This document shows positions 11,506 to 21,485 of a DNA stretch of 64,000 nt, one piece after another. The stretch is from an uncultured Verrucomicrobiae bacterium (lineage in GTDB: Bacteria > Verrucomicrobiota > Verrucomicrobiia > Chthoniobacterales > Chthoniobacteraceae). The notes below the pieces were generated by a model. The model worked only from the letters and a program-made list of their open reading frames with translations. It was not told the DNA's origin and did no database searches. The DNA lies in assembly GCA_963769025.1 (NCBI GenBank), contig CAVYKI010000003.1:448001-512000 (forward strand), written 5' to 3'. The translations under genes and the position numbers were made by a program. Within the stretch, counting starts at the first letter, position 1. Each line of letters opens with the position of its first letter.

Positions 11506-13150
11506 CGCGAAGTCACGAGTTTCAAAGCCAGGGCGATGCACGCGGCGAGCAGCAGCCAGAAGCCGGTGCGGTAGAATCCGAGCGGATTGCGTTCGATGAG
11601 GGACGTGCCCTTTTGAAAGAACGGCTCGACGCTGTCCGGGTGTTCGAGGTCGAAGGCCAGTTCGCTGAAATGCCGGTAGCGACGCTCGGGATTGATGCTG
11701 ATCGCGCGCAGGATGACGTGGTCGAGCCACGGCGGAATGATCTGGGTTCAGAGCGCTCGGTGGCTTCGGCGGATGGAAAACGGGCGACTGGAAGCGCTCG
11801 ATTTCGCCGAACGGAAACTTGCCGGGTGAGCGCCTCGTAGAGCGTGACGCCGATGGCGAAAATCTCGGTGCGTTCCGAAATCGGCTCGCCGTGAAATCGC
11901 TCCGGCGCGAGGTAGCTCGCCGTGCCCGCGCGAGACGTGACGCTGAAGACTGCCGCGGCGCTGCCGAAGTCGATGAGCTTGAAGCGCAGCTTGGCGTAGT
12001 CGGAGACGACGAGCACATTCTCGGGTTTCACGTCGCCATGCACCAGGTCGAGTCCGAGCAGGCGCTGGCCGGCCTTGGCGAGCATCCTGCCGAGCGCCAC
12101 AGCTTCATCCGGGCCGAGCGCACGCGCCTTGAGCACGCTCTTGAGACTCGGCGCCTCGACGAATTCCTGGACGTAGTAGCGCGCCGTGGCCCTCTCGGGC
12201 GTGAAGGCCGCGACGAACAGGTCGGGCGCGGCCTCCGCGGCACGCTGCGCGTTCCATTCCTCCTTGATGAAGCGCGCGAGGATCTCCTCGTCGTCGCGCG
12301 CTTCGAGCGGCGCGAACTTGATCGTCCAGCGCTGGTCGTCCTTCGTCGCGAGCCATACGCGGTCACTGTGCTGAAACGGACGGACGAGTTCGTAGCCGTC
12401 GATCACATCGCCCTTGCGCAGGTGTCCGGAATCTGGAGCGGGAGCTGGCTCACGGCGCGCAGCATACCAGCCCTCACGATATCGATCACGATCGCACTCG
12501 CGTCATCGAGCGTCTCCTCGGTCGCGAGTTCGCGCGCCTGTTGCACGATGGCGCGGGCGGCGGTGTGATGGGTGAGCCGCTCCGAGAGGACATCATCGCT
12601 CAGCACGTTGGAAACGCCGTCGGAGCAGAGGAAGGCGATGTCGCCGTCGCGCAGCTCGGTCTCGAAGCAATGCGGCTCAACGTCAGGCGCGAGGCCGATG
12701 GCGCGCTGGAGGACGTGGGAGAATGTGCGGTCATTGATGACGTGATCGTGCGAGAGCTGCGAGAGCTGGCCGCCGCGTGAGAGATAGACGCGCGAGTCGC
12801 CGACATTCAGGCCGAAGAGCCGGTTGCCCTCGATGACTGCGACCGAGAGCGTCGAGATCATCTCTGGTGCGGAGTGCCTCACGAGCGATTCGTGGTGCAG
12901 CGTGTGGTTGATGATTTTGGTGAACTCCGAGAGAGCGCGCTGCGGGCTCCAGCTAGCCGGGCGCACGGCGTAATTGGTCATCAGCGATTTCACAATCCGC
13001 CTGGCCGCCTCACGTGCATCGCGCGCCGCGCCCGCGCCGTCGGCGAGCACGGCGATCACGGTTTCGTCCCACGCTTTCACGGCGAAGGAGTCCTCCGATT
13101 CCGCGCCGTCCCGCTTTGCGCACGCCGTAGCTGGTGAAGTTCACTTTCAA
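11502..13150 (-). CDS. Bifunctional PP2C-type phosphatase / Ser-Thr protein kinase with C-terminal TM helix (indels)
   Basis: PP2C: VLADG, NVGDSRVY, LCSDG, DDAS; kinase: TIKF, HGDVKPEN, DFG, GTASYLAPE; tail GFWLLLAACIALAL; TTG start inferred. Confidence 0.85.
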
Positions 13151-13161
13151 TATTTCAGGGC

Positions 13162-14373
13162 TCAAATCCTCGCCGCTGAGACCGCGCCCCACGTCGTGCG
13201 CCAGCGGGTCTTGACCAGTTTCAGTCCGATCAGTGCGAAGAGGCAGAGGCTCGCGAAGACGAGCAGTCCGCCGAGATAGCTGCCGAAGTGCTCCTTGCTC
13301 TGGCCCATCATGTTCGCGAGCAGGAATCCGCCGAGGCCGCCGCCGCAGCCGACGAGGCCGGTCATGAGCCCGAGTTCCTTGCCGAAGCGCTGTGGCAGGA
13401 GCTGGAAGACGGAGCCGTTGCCCATTCCGAATGCGCCGCATGCGACGAAGAATGCCGCGACATTCAGCCAGAGGTTTTCGATGAGTCCGCCGAGAATGAG
13501 CGCGACGCACGCGACGCTGTAATAGACATGCAGCGAGCGGATGCCGCCGATGCGGTCTGAAATCGCGCCGCCAACCGGGCGGCCGAGTGCGCCGATCGCC
13601 GTGCAGAGTGCAACGAGATCGCCCGCCTGTGACGGTGAGAGGCCGAAGCGATCCTTGAAATACATGCCGAGCGAGTAGGCCAGGCCGACGAAGCCGCCGA
13701 AGGTGACGGTGTAGAAGAAGCAGAACCAGTGAACGTCCTTGTCGCGGAACATGCCGAAGTAGTCGCGGAGCTTCTTTGGCGTCGCGGGGTTCGGCGGCTC
13801 CTTGGAAAAGATGATGTAGATCGCGAGCACGAATACCGCCGGTATGAGCGCGAACCCGAACACCGCCTCCCAGCCGTAGGCGGCGGCGAGACGCGGTGCG
13901 AGCAGCGAGTCGATCACCACACCGATGTTCCCGGCACCGGCGAGACCCATCACGAGGCCCTGCATGTTCGGCGGGTACCAGCGCCCGGCCTGCGGCATCG
14001 CCACTGCGAAGCTCGCGCCTGCCACTCCGAGGACCATGCCCATCAGCAGCGTTGCCTCGTAGTTTTTCAGCCCGAAAATCCACGCCACGGCCAGTCCGGT
14101 CATCACGACGAGTTGCGCGATGATCCCCGTGCGCTTTGCCCCGATGCGATCCACGAGCAGCCCGAGCCCGAGCCGGAAGACGCCGCCAAACAGGATCGGC
14201 ACCGAAACCATGAAGAACCGCTGCTGTGCGCTGAGATTCAGCGACTCCGGCGCGGCGATCTGGTTCGCGAGGACGCCGAGGAGCGTCCAGACCATGAAGC
14301 TGTAGTCGAAGTAGAGGAACGCCGTGACGAGCGTCGGGAAGTGGCCTGCCTTTTTGAGCGCGGAGAGGTTCAA
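13162..14373 (-). CDS. narK: NarK/NasA-family nitrate/nitrite MFS transporter
   Basis: GHFPTLVTAFLYFDYSFMVW, GVAGASFAVAMPQAGRWYP, FGMGNGSVFQLLPQRF, GLVGCGGGLGGF; TTG start inferred. Confidence 0.9.
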   Translation of the reverse strand: MNLSALKKAGHFPTLVTAFLYFDYSFMVWTLLGVLANQIAAPESLNLSAQQRFFMVSVPILFGGVFRLGLGLLVDRIGAKRTGIIAQLVVMTGLAVAWIFGLKNYEATLLMGMVLGVAGASFAVAMPQAGRWYPPNMQGLVMGLAGAGNIGVVIDSLLAPRLAAAYGWEAVFGFALIPAVFVLAIYIIFSKEPPNPATPKKLRDYFGMFRDKDVHWFCFFYTVTFGGFVGLAYSLGMYFKDRFGLSPSQAGDLVALCTAIGALGRPVGGAISDRIGGIRSLHVYYSVACVALILGGLIENLWLNVAAFFVACGAFGMGNGSVFQLLPQRFGKELGLMTGLVGCGGGLGGFLLANMMGQSKEHFGSYLGGLLVFASLCLFALIGLKLVKTRWRTTWGAVSAARI

Positions 14374-14428
14374 ATGGGAGTGTTGGTGGTTGTTTTCGAT
14401 GCACCCCGAAAGGTGTGCGCTCCCCCTT

Positions 14429-14444
14429 AGCCGATGCGATGCCA
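14429..14444 (-). promoter_or_regulatory. Putative sigma54 -24/-12 promoter of the narK..Rieske operon
   Basis: Minus strand TGGCATCGCATCGGCT (GG-N10-GC); lacks the consensus TT; followed by a UUCG hairpin in the leader. Confidence 0.55.
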
Positions 14445-14480
14445 GCACGGCTCCACTGACAAGATGAGGGCTCTTCAAAG

Positions 14481-14511
14481 TTTTCATGGAAAAGATGCAT
14501 TCCGTTCATAC
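14481..14511. promoter_or_regulatory. Putative LysR operator, copy 1
   Basis: ttttcatggaaaagATGCATtccGTTCATac; T-N11-A dyad; 24/31 identical to 21455-21485. Confidence 0.7.
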
Positions 14512-14632
14512 CTCTCCCCTGACAGAGGGCGGCGATGCCTTTATGTGCGGCGTGAAACAGCCGGTTCACTTCCTGCACTGCCCAAATTTTTTTTCCAGCG
14601 CCGGAAATCATCCGGCGTGGTGTGTTTGGAAT

Positions 14633-14669
14633 TGCACAGGCTGCGCATTCCGCGTGCGCAAAATGCGCC
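14633..14669. promoter_or_regulatory. Tandem 15-bp dyads, candidate enhancer (bEBP) sites
   Basis: TGCACA-ggc-TGCGCA (14633-14647) and TGCGCA-aaa-TGCGCC (14655-14669), 22 bp apart. Confidence 0.45.
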
Positions 14670-14735
14670 GTCAGGCCCGGCTGTATCGCTGTGTAGCACG
14701 CCGGCGTTTTCCTCAATGAACGGCGTCGCATCGCA

Positions 14736-14862
14736 TGGAGCGCTGGCACCTCGTCGGCAGGGTGGCGCGGGATTTGTCACGCCTCACGGATAGCAGAACG
14801 ATGGGATCTGCCTGCCTCGGGTGAGCGAATGGCTTCCTGCCGGCGAGGACGCCAGCGCTCCA
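14736..14862. repeat. REP-doublet (REPIN-like) inverted repeat
   Basis: tggagcgctggcacctcgtcggcagg ... cctgccggcgaggacgccagcgctcca. Confidence 0.75.
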
Positions 14863-14876
14863 CGGAGGATGCCGCG

Positions 14877-16295
14877 TCAGAACGTGATCGTCGCCTGCAC
14901 GTAGCCGAAGTCAGCGTCGCTGTGGAAGCCGGTGTCCTTGAGGTATGTGCCGGAGAAGAAGTGGCTGTACCCGCCCTGCACTTGCAGATACTTGTTCACG
15001 TTCCACGTCACGACGAAGGCCAGTTCGGACCCGACGTAGGAGTCCGCTGCCCTGGAAGCCGCGTTCAACGGGCGCACGGCGGTGAGGCCGTTTGCGCGGT
15101 ACCACACGTCGTTCGTGTCCGCGAGCCAGAAGGAATTGAAGTCCAACTGCGCGGTGACGTCCTTCGCGGGCGTCACTTTGAAGCTCAGCATCGTGTTGTG
15201 CAGATTCTGCCAGGCGAAGAGATCCATGACCCCGTAGAACTTGTGGTTCGTCGGGAACAGGTTCTGGAAGGTGCCGATGCTGCCATCCGCGGAATTTCCG
15301 TCACCCGACGCGTAGTTGTATTCGGCGTAAAGGCGCGGCTTCAGCGGCGCGTCGAAGTTGTAGCCGATGCCGGCGGCTGCGGCGAAGGCCTCGAGATTCA
15401 GCCCGCGCACGTCGCCCACCTGATAGGCGAGCTCGGTCATGAATTCCAAGCCATCGAGCTTTTTCGGATCGCCTTTCACCCGGGTGCCGAGCGTGACGAA
15501 GTCGCTGTGCCGCGCGTTCGATCCCGTCGTGACCGGTGCGGCGAGCCCGCCCTGCACATTCGAGGTATTCCCGCGCGGCTCATTCACGACCAGCGAGTAG
15601 AGATCGAGCGTGCCAAAGGGCAGCGAGTCCAGCGTGGCGTAGATGCCGCTGAAGACGAGCCCGCGATTCGTCTCGGTGCCATTGAAGAGATCGGACTGGT
15701 TGTAGTGCTTGCCGGTGATCACGACGGGCGTGGAGGTGAAGGCATCGATGGAGAAGCCCTTGCCCTTGTACGTGAGCTTCACGGCGTCGAACGTGCGGCC
15801 GAAGTTGTTCCACTCGAAGGCACCGACGAGACGCTCATCGCCGTAGGAGAGAATCTGCCGGCCCACCTTCAGGCCCCACGAGGACTTCGAATAGTCGGAG
15901 ATGTCCACGTATGCCTGACGCAGGTCGAATGAGTCGTCGCCCTCGGCACCGGCGGCGCCGGGGATCAACGGACGGCCGGAGAAAAACTCGCGGCTGTCCT
16001 GCGCCTGTCCGTAGATTTTCAGCCACGGCACGGGCTTGAGCATCATGCCGATGCGGAAGCGCTGGAGCAGCCAGCCGTCGTCGGTCACGGCATTGACGCC
16101 GCTGCGGAAATCGAAGTTGTTGTCGCGGATTTCCCAGCGGAGGCGCTCCTGGATGTCGAAGACGACCGTGCCGTCTGCGAAGCTGAGCAGCGGACCGGGA
16201 TCGGCCTTTTTCGGCTCGGGTGTTTTCGCGGGGCCGGCGATGGCGTTGCCGGCGAAGAGGACGGCAGCAAACAATGTCGTGATGTGTGGTTTCAT
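14877..16295 (-). CDS. Alginate-export-family outer-membrane beta-barrel (probable nitrate/anion porin)
   Basis: Signal peptide; LQRFRIG, DLRQAYV, KVGRQILSYGDERLVG..WNN.GRTFD, FPTNHKFYG; C-terminal F. Confidence 0.85.
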   Translation of the reverse strand: MKPHITTLFAAVLFAGNAIAGPAKTPEPKKADPGPLLSFADGTVVFDIQERLRWEIRDNNFDFRSGVNAVTDDGWLLQRFRIGMMLKPVPWLKIYGQAQDSREFFSGRPLIPGAAGAEGDDSFDLRQAYVDISDYSKSSWGLKVGRQILSYGDERLVGAFEWNNFGRTFDAVKLTYKGKGFSIDAFTSTPVVITGKHYNQSDLFNGTETNRGLVFSGIYATLDSLPFGTLDLYSLVVNEPRGNTSNVQGGLAAPVTTGSNARHSDFVTLGTRVKGDPKKLDGLEFMTELAYQVGDVRGLNLEAFAAAAGIGYNFDAPLKPRLYAEYNYASGDGNSADGSIGTFQNLFPTNHKFYGVMDLFAWQNLHNTMLSFKVTPAKDVTAQLDFNSFWLADTNDVWYRANGLTAVRPLNAASRAADSYVGSELAFVVTWNVNKYLQVQGGYSHFFSGTYLKDTGFHSDADFGYVQATITF

Positions 16296-16349
16296 GGGTG
16301 TTTTCGTAGGTGTTGGTGGTTTTGCTGTCTGGGAGTTCTTTGGGATTTG

Positions 16350-17183
16350 CTAGGCTGCCGTTGGCGACATCTGCGCGACGGGAGGTGTGCCGTGCGGAGT
16401 GCGCAGGTGCGCGCCGACCTCGAGGAAGTTGATGAGCCGCGAGCGCAGCGGCGCGTAGTCCGCGTGCTCCATGATTTCCTTGCGATTGCGCGGGCGCGGG
16501 AAACTCACAGGCACGATGTCGCCGATGGTCGCCTCGGGGCCGTCGGTCATGCACACCACGCGATCGGAGAGGAAAAGCGACTCGTCCACGTCGTGCGTGA
16601 CCATGAGCGCGGTGATGCGCTCCTTCCGCCACAGGTCGAGGAGCACCTGCTGGAGTTCGTAGCGCGTGAGCGCGTCGAGCATTCCGAACGGCTCGTCGAG
16701 CAGCAGCATCCGCGGCTTCAGCGCGAATGCGCGCGCGATGCCGACGCGCTGGCGCATCCCCTGCGAGAGTTCCGCAGGCCGCTTGTGCATCGCGTCACCG
16801 AGGCCGACGACGGTGAGGTAATAGTCGGCGATCTGCCGGCGCTCGGCCTTCCTCGCGGTGTAGAAGACCTGGTTGATGCCGAGCATCACGTTTTCAAACG
16901 CTGTGAGCCACGGGAGCAGTGATGGCGATTGGAAGACCATCGCCGCGATCCGGGCCGGGGCCGGTGAGTTCCTTGCCGAGCGAGAATGATGCCGCCCTCG
17001 GTCACGCTGCTGAGCCCCGCGACCATCGATAGCACGGTGCTCTTGCCGCAGCCCGAGTGGCCGATGAGGCAGACGAATTCGCCCTTCTGAATCTTGAGGT
17101 TGAAGTCCTTCACAATCACCGCCGGCGCCCTTCGGCGATGGATACGTCTTTCCGAGCTGGGACAGTTCGCAGTAGGCGCTCAT
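16350..17183 (-). CDS. nrtD: Nitrate ABC transporter ATP-binding subunit (NrtD-like; indels)
   Basis: [41 protein letters not shown]. Confidence 0.85.
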   Translation of the reverse strand: MSAYCELSQLGKTYPSPKGAGGDCEGLQPQDSEGRIRLPHRPLGLRQEHRAIDGRGAQQRDRGRHHSRSARNSPAPARIAAMVFQSPSLLPWLTAFENVMLGINQVFYTARKAERRQIADYYLTVVGLGDAMHKRPAELSQGMRQRVGIARAFALKPRMLLLDEPFGMLDALTRYELQQVLLDLWRKERITALMVTHDVDESLFLSDRVVCMTDGPEATIGDIVPVSFPRPRNRKEIMEHADYAPLRSRLINFLEVGAHLRTPHGTPPVAQMSPTAA

Positions 17184-18103
17184 TTCTCCACCTCCACTTC
17201 CGCGTGCTGAATCTCACTGCGGCGGATCGGTCCCCGATCCCCGAACCACGGGAGCGCCCTGCGGGGCAACGACAAATCCTCGGGCTCGATGTCCGGAAGC
17301 ACGAGCTTGCGGTCGAGTGTCGCCTTCCGGCTGTGCGCGCTTTTCAGGAGGTATTCCACGAGCTCGAGCCGGATGCGTTTGAAGTCCGGATGATCGGCGA
17401 TGGTCTTGCGATCGCGCGGGCGGGGAATGGTGATGGGAATGGACATTCCGAGCGTGGCATTCGGCCCCGCGGTGAGCGGGATGACGCGGTCGGCGAGCAG
17501 GATGGCCTCGTCGGGATCGTTCGTGATGAGCACGATCGTCGTGTCGTCCTCGCGCTTGATGCGCGTGACTTCGTCCTGCAGGTTGGCGCGCGTCAGGGCG
17601 TCGAGCGCGCTGAGCGGTTCATCGAGCAGGAGCACGCGCGGCCCCATCGCCAGCGCCCGCGCCACGGCCACGCGCTGGCGCATTCCGCCGGAGAGCTCGC
17701 GCGGCAGTTTGCCGGCGGCGGGCGTCAGATTCACCATGGCGATGTATTTCTCGACCTGCTCGCGGCGCTTTGCCGCGGTCCACTGCGGGAAGACCTGATC
17801 CACGGCGAGCGCGATGTTTTCGTGGACGGTGAGCCACGGGAGCAGGCTGTAGTTTTGAAACACGATGCCGCGCTCCGGCCCCGGGCCGGTGATCGGCTTG
17901 CCCTCGAATCGCGCCGAACCCCTGTCCGGGGCGACGAGTCCGCTGAGCATGTTGATGAGCGTGGTCTTTCCAGCGCCGGAAAAGCCGACGATGGCGACGA
18001 ACTCACCCTCTTCGACTTCAAGGTTGATGTCCGACAAAACCTCCGTGCGGTCCCACTTTGGCCCGAAGCCTTTGAATGCGCGTTCTATTTCGAGGAATGG
18101 CAT
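17180..18103 (-). CDS. nrtC: Nitrate ABC transporter ATP-binding subunit (NrtC-like, without fused binding domain)
   Basis: GFSGAGKTT, VFQNYSLLPW, LSGGMRQRVAVARA, LLDEPLSALD, ITND. Confidence 0.82.
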   Translation of the reverse strand: MPFLEIERAFKGFGPKWDRTEVLSDINLEVEEGEFVAIVGFSGAGKTTLINMLSGLVAPDRGSARFEGKPITGPGPERGIVFQNYSLLPWLTVHENIALAVDQVFPQWTAAKRREQVEKYIAMVNLTPAAGKLPRELSGGMRQRVAVARALAMGPRVLLLDEPLSALDALTRANLQDEVTRIKREDDTTIVLITNDPDEAILLADRVIPLTAGPNATLGMSIPITIPRPRDRKTIADHPDFKRIRLELVEYLLKSAHSRKATLDRKLVLPDIEPEDLSLPRRALPWFGDRGPIRRSEIQHAEVEVEK

Positions 18104-18106
18104 ACG

Positions 18107-18992
18107 TTAGGCGGTCTTGAATCGTGATTCCACCAGCGACATCAGGCGGTCGAGCAGGAGGCCGATGATGCCGATGGTGAGGATGGAGAGGATGATCTGC
18201 GCGTAGTGGTTTGCGTTGTATTCCTGCCAGAGGAAGCCGCCGACTCCGGGGCGGCCGGTGAGCATTTCCACGGCGACGATGACCAGCCACGCGATGCCGA
18301 GCGAAAGACGGAAGCCGGTGAACATGTAGGGCAGCGTCGCAGGCAGCAGCACCTTGAAGAGCGTCTTGCTGCGCGAGAGTTTCAGCACGCGGGCGACGTT
18401 CAGGTAGTCCGGTCGGCACGGCGCGCACGCCGACGGCGGTGTTCATCACCGTCGGCCACATCGCGCAGATCGCGATGGTGAAAAGTGCGGCGGCGTCGCT
18501 CGCGCCAAAGACCGTCCTGCCGGAGCCGTCGAGCAGCTTCACCGAGCTGAAGAGGATCAGCCCGAGCGGAAACCACGCGAGCGGCGAGACGGGACGCAGC
18601 ACCTGGATGATCGGATCCATCGCCTTTGTGAACGTCTTTGAGAGCCCGAGGAAGAAGCCGAGCGGCGTGCCGATGATCAGCGCGATGAAGTAGCCCTGCA
18701 TCACGAGGCTGAGCGAGAGCGCGGCGAACGCGAGGATGCCCTGGTCGAGCTCGCCGCGCTTCGCGAATGGCTCCACGATGTAGAGCTTGCTGGACTTCCA
18801 TGTCTCCGCCGGCGTGGGGAGGTCGGCGGAGATGCCGGTGCGGACGGTCCTCACGACCGGGTCACCAAAATCGTCCACGGATCTCGTCACCGTTTCGCGC
18901 CCTGCGATGGCCAGCCACAGCATCAGGAAGGCGGCAAGGCCGATGCAGGGCAGCAGCAGGCTGTCGAGTTTGTAGCGTTTGATGAAGTCCAT
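18107..18992 (-). CDS. nrtB: Nitrate ABC transporter permease (indel ~18410)
   Basis: DPIIQVLRPVSPLAW, WPTVMNTAVGV, FTGFRLSLGIAWLVIVAVEML. Confidence 0.88.
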
Positions 18993-18995
18993 GCT

Positions 18996-20293
18996 TTAGC
19001 CTTTGAGTGTCTTGACCGCGAAGCTGGCGGCGTACGCCTCCAGGTCGCCCTTCGGGTCGAATTTCGTGCCGTCGAAGAACGTCTCCGGCGTATCGCTTGC
19101 GCCGCCGTGCGCGTAGCCGATCTCCTTCATCGCCTCCTCGTAGATGTCGGGGCGCATGACCTGCTTCGCCACGCCCTCGTAGTCCGGCGCGCCTTCGGTG
19201 AAGCCCCAGCGGCGGAGCTGCGTGAGCCACCATTTGCAGTACTTCGGCTGCGGGTAGTTGCAGTTCCGGTCGCTGAAGATCATGTAGTCCGGGTCGCGGA
19301 ACTTGCGCCCGTCGCCCATGACGTATTTGCCCTGCAGGCGGCCCGAGGATCGTCTCCGGCGGGCAGTTGATGTAGGTCGCGGCGCTGACGATGTTCGCCT
19401 GCTCCTCGCGGTTCTCCATCTTGTCGAGCCACACGCTCGCCTCGTGCAGCGCCTTGAGCACGGCCTTCACGGTCTTCGGATTCTTCTCCGCAAACTCCGC
19501 GGTGAAGGCGCAGACCTTTTCCGGATGATCCTTCCAGATCGCCTGCGTGGTGATCGCGGTGAAGCCGATCTCATCGGCGATGGTGCGCGCATTCCACGGC
19601 TCGCCCACGCAGAAGCCGTCCATCTTGCCGACCTTCATGTTCGCCACCATCTGCGCCGGCGGGATCGTGATGAGCGAAATGTCCGCGCCCGCGCCCGCCG
19701 CGTCGCCGGGATGAATGCCGCCCGCCGCGAGGTAATAGCGCATCCACATCGCGTGCGTGCCCGGCGGAAAAGTCATCGCAAAGGTCATCGGATTGCCGGC
19801 CGCCTTTGCCGCATCCACGAAGGGCTTCAGCGCCTTCGGATCGTCGGCGACCTTGCCGAGGAGTTCCTTCTTCAAGGTGATCGCCTGGCCGTTCCGGTTG
19901 ATCAGCCACGGGATGATCATCGGCTTCTTCGGCGCCCCGCCGAGCCCCATCGTGCTGGCGATGGGCATGCCGATGAGCATGTGCGTGGCCTGGATGTCGC
20001 CGTTGGAAAGCGAATCGCGGATCGCCGCCCAGCTCGCGCCTTTGCTCACGGTGGAGTTGATGCCGTATTTTTTGAACAGCCCCTTCTCGTGGGCGATGAC
20101 GATGCGTCGAGCAGTCCGTGAGCGCGATCATGCCGAACTTCAGGTCGGCCGTCTCCGGCGCGTCGCTGGCGAAGGTCGAGCCGACCCAGCCTTTTGGCAG
20201 GCCGGCGACGAGCGCGGCGAGGCCGGCGCCGCGGGTGATGAATTTGCGACGGGTGAGGTTGCGTGCGGTGTCAGTGGGTGCGGGTTTGTTCAT
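18996..20293 (-). CDS. nrtA: NrtA/CmpA-family periplasmic nitrate-binding protein with Tat signal (indels)
   Basis: LTRRKFI; FGMIALTDC, ASWAAIRD, RNGQAI, PPGTHAMW, FCVGEPWN, HPEK (Lys as in NrtA, not Glu as in CmpA). Confidence 0.88.
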
Positions 20294-20312
20294 GTTGATT
20301 GGTTGGTTGGTT

Positions 20313-21369
20313 TCAGGCTGCCGAGGGGACGAAATCGGAGGACGCGAGCGGGAGCGCGCGCTTGAAAAGGTCGGAGCGAAAACATTCCGCACCGAGGCTG
20401 CGGGGGAGCTGCGAGGCCGTGGCGAGGCCGCTGGAGACGAGCGTCTGCACGACCCATGAGGCCTTTGTCGCATCGGGCTCGCTGGCGTTATCGCGCGCAA
20501 AAACGTTGAGGCCTGGACACGGTTCAATGCGTCCGTTGCCGTAGTCGAAGACCGACCCCATGCCGTGGAGAATCGCCTCCACGTCGGTGCCGATGTACTC
20601 GGGTCGCGCGAGGGTTTCGGCGACATACTCCCGGTTCGCGGGCTCGTCACAGAAACGGGCGGATTCCAGCAGCGCGGCAATGAGCGCCACGTGCTCCTCA
20701 TCGTTCTGCCTCGGCGAACTCGCTGCGGACCATCAGCACTTTCTCCGGATGCGAAGGTGCGAGCTCTGCGCTGCGCGCGACGACCCAGCCGGCGCGGGAC
20801 ATGACGGCGAGGGAATTCCACGGGTCGCCCGCGCAGAAGCCGTCGAGATGGCCCGAGCGCATGTGGGCGACCATCTGCGAGGGCGGCACCACCACCACCT
20901 CGGCGTCATTTTCCACGTCCAGGCCATGCTGCTTCAGCCACAAACGCAGCAGGACCGAATGCGACGACCATCGGTACACCGTGCCGAGCGTCACGGGGCG
21001 TCGCGTCTTGCGGACGTGCTCCCGCAGGGTCACGCCGTCGCGGACGCCGCACTGCCAGAGCCGCTGCGAGAGCGTGATCGCATTGCCGTGAAGATTCAGG
21101 ACAAGGCCGGTGAGGCAGTCGGCCTGGATTCCGCCAAGGCCCGCTGCCGCGGCAAAAAGCATCCCTGCCGGTGCGTGCGCGGCCTCGAGTTCGCCGTAGA
21201 TCACCTTTTCGCGGATGGTCGCCCAGCCGAGCTCGCGGCTGAGTTCCACGGCGAGTCCGTGCCTTTCATACAGGCCCAGTTCGCGCGCCATCACGAGCGG
21301 TGCGCAGTCGTTGAGCGCCACGAAGCCGATGCGGATGGCCTGGTCGCTGCGCCGGAGTTTTCCGGTCAA
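20313..21369 (-). CDS. NasS-like cytoplasmic nitrate-binding sensor (indel ~20700)
   Basis: IRIGFVALNDCAPL, GWATIRE, NLHGNAI, VPPSQMV, FCAGDPWN, HPEKVL; no signal peptide. Confidence 0.8.
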
Positions 21370-21402
21370 GGCTGGCGAATAGTTTGCGATGGCCGGGCTG
21401 CC

Positions 21403-21418
21403 AGCGGGCGCCGTGCCA
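21403..21418 (-). promoter_or_regulatory. Putative sigma54 -24/-12 promoter of the nasS-nrtABCD-porin operon
   Basis: Minus strand TGGCACGGCGCCCGCT (GG-N10-GC). Confidence 0.55.
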
Positions 21419-21454
21419 GCATGCCAAGCGGAGCATCAGAAATTGCTTGCGAGT

Positions 21455-21485
21455 TTTTCATCTGCAAGATGAATGCCATTCATAC
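21455..21485. promoter_or_regulatory. Putative LysR operator, copy 2, abutting the lysR start codon
   Basis: ttttcatctgcaagATGAATgccATTCATac; perfect 6-bp dyad containing T-N11-A. Confidence 0.75.

Noticed and set aside
14374..14428. ANTAR dual-hairpin antiterminator in the narK leader
   Set aside because: Only one UUCG hairpin; no paired hexaloops or terminator visible.
14877..16295. Alginate biosynthesis or export locus
   Set aside because: No alg or glycosyltransferase genes; the gene sits in the nitrate ABC operon.
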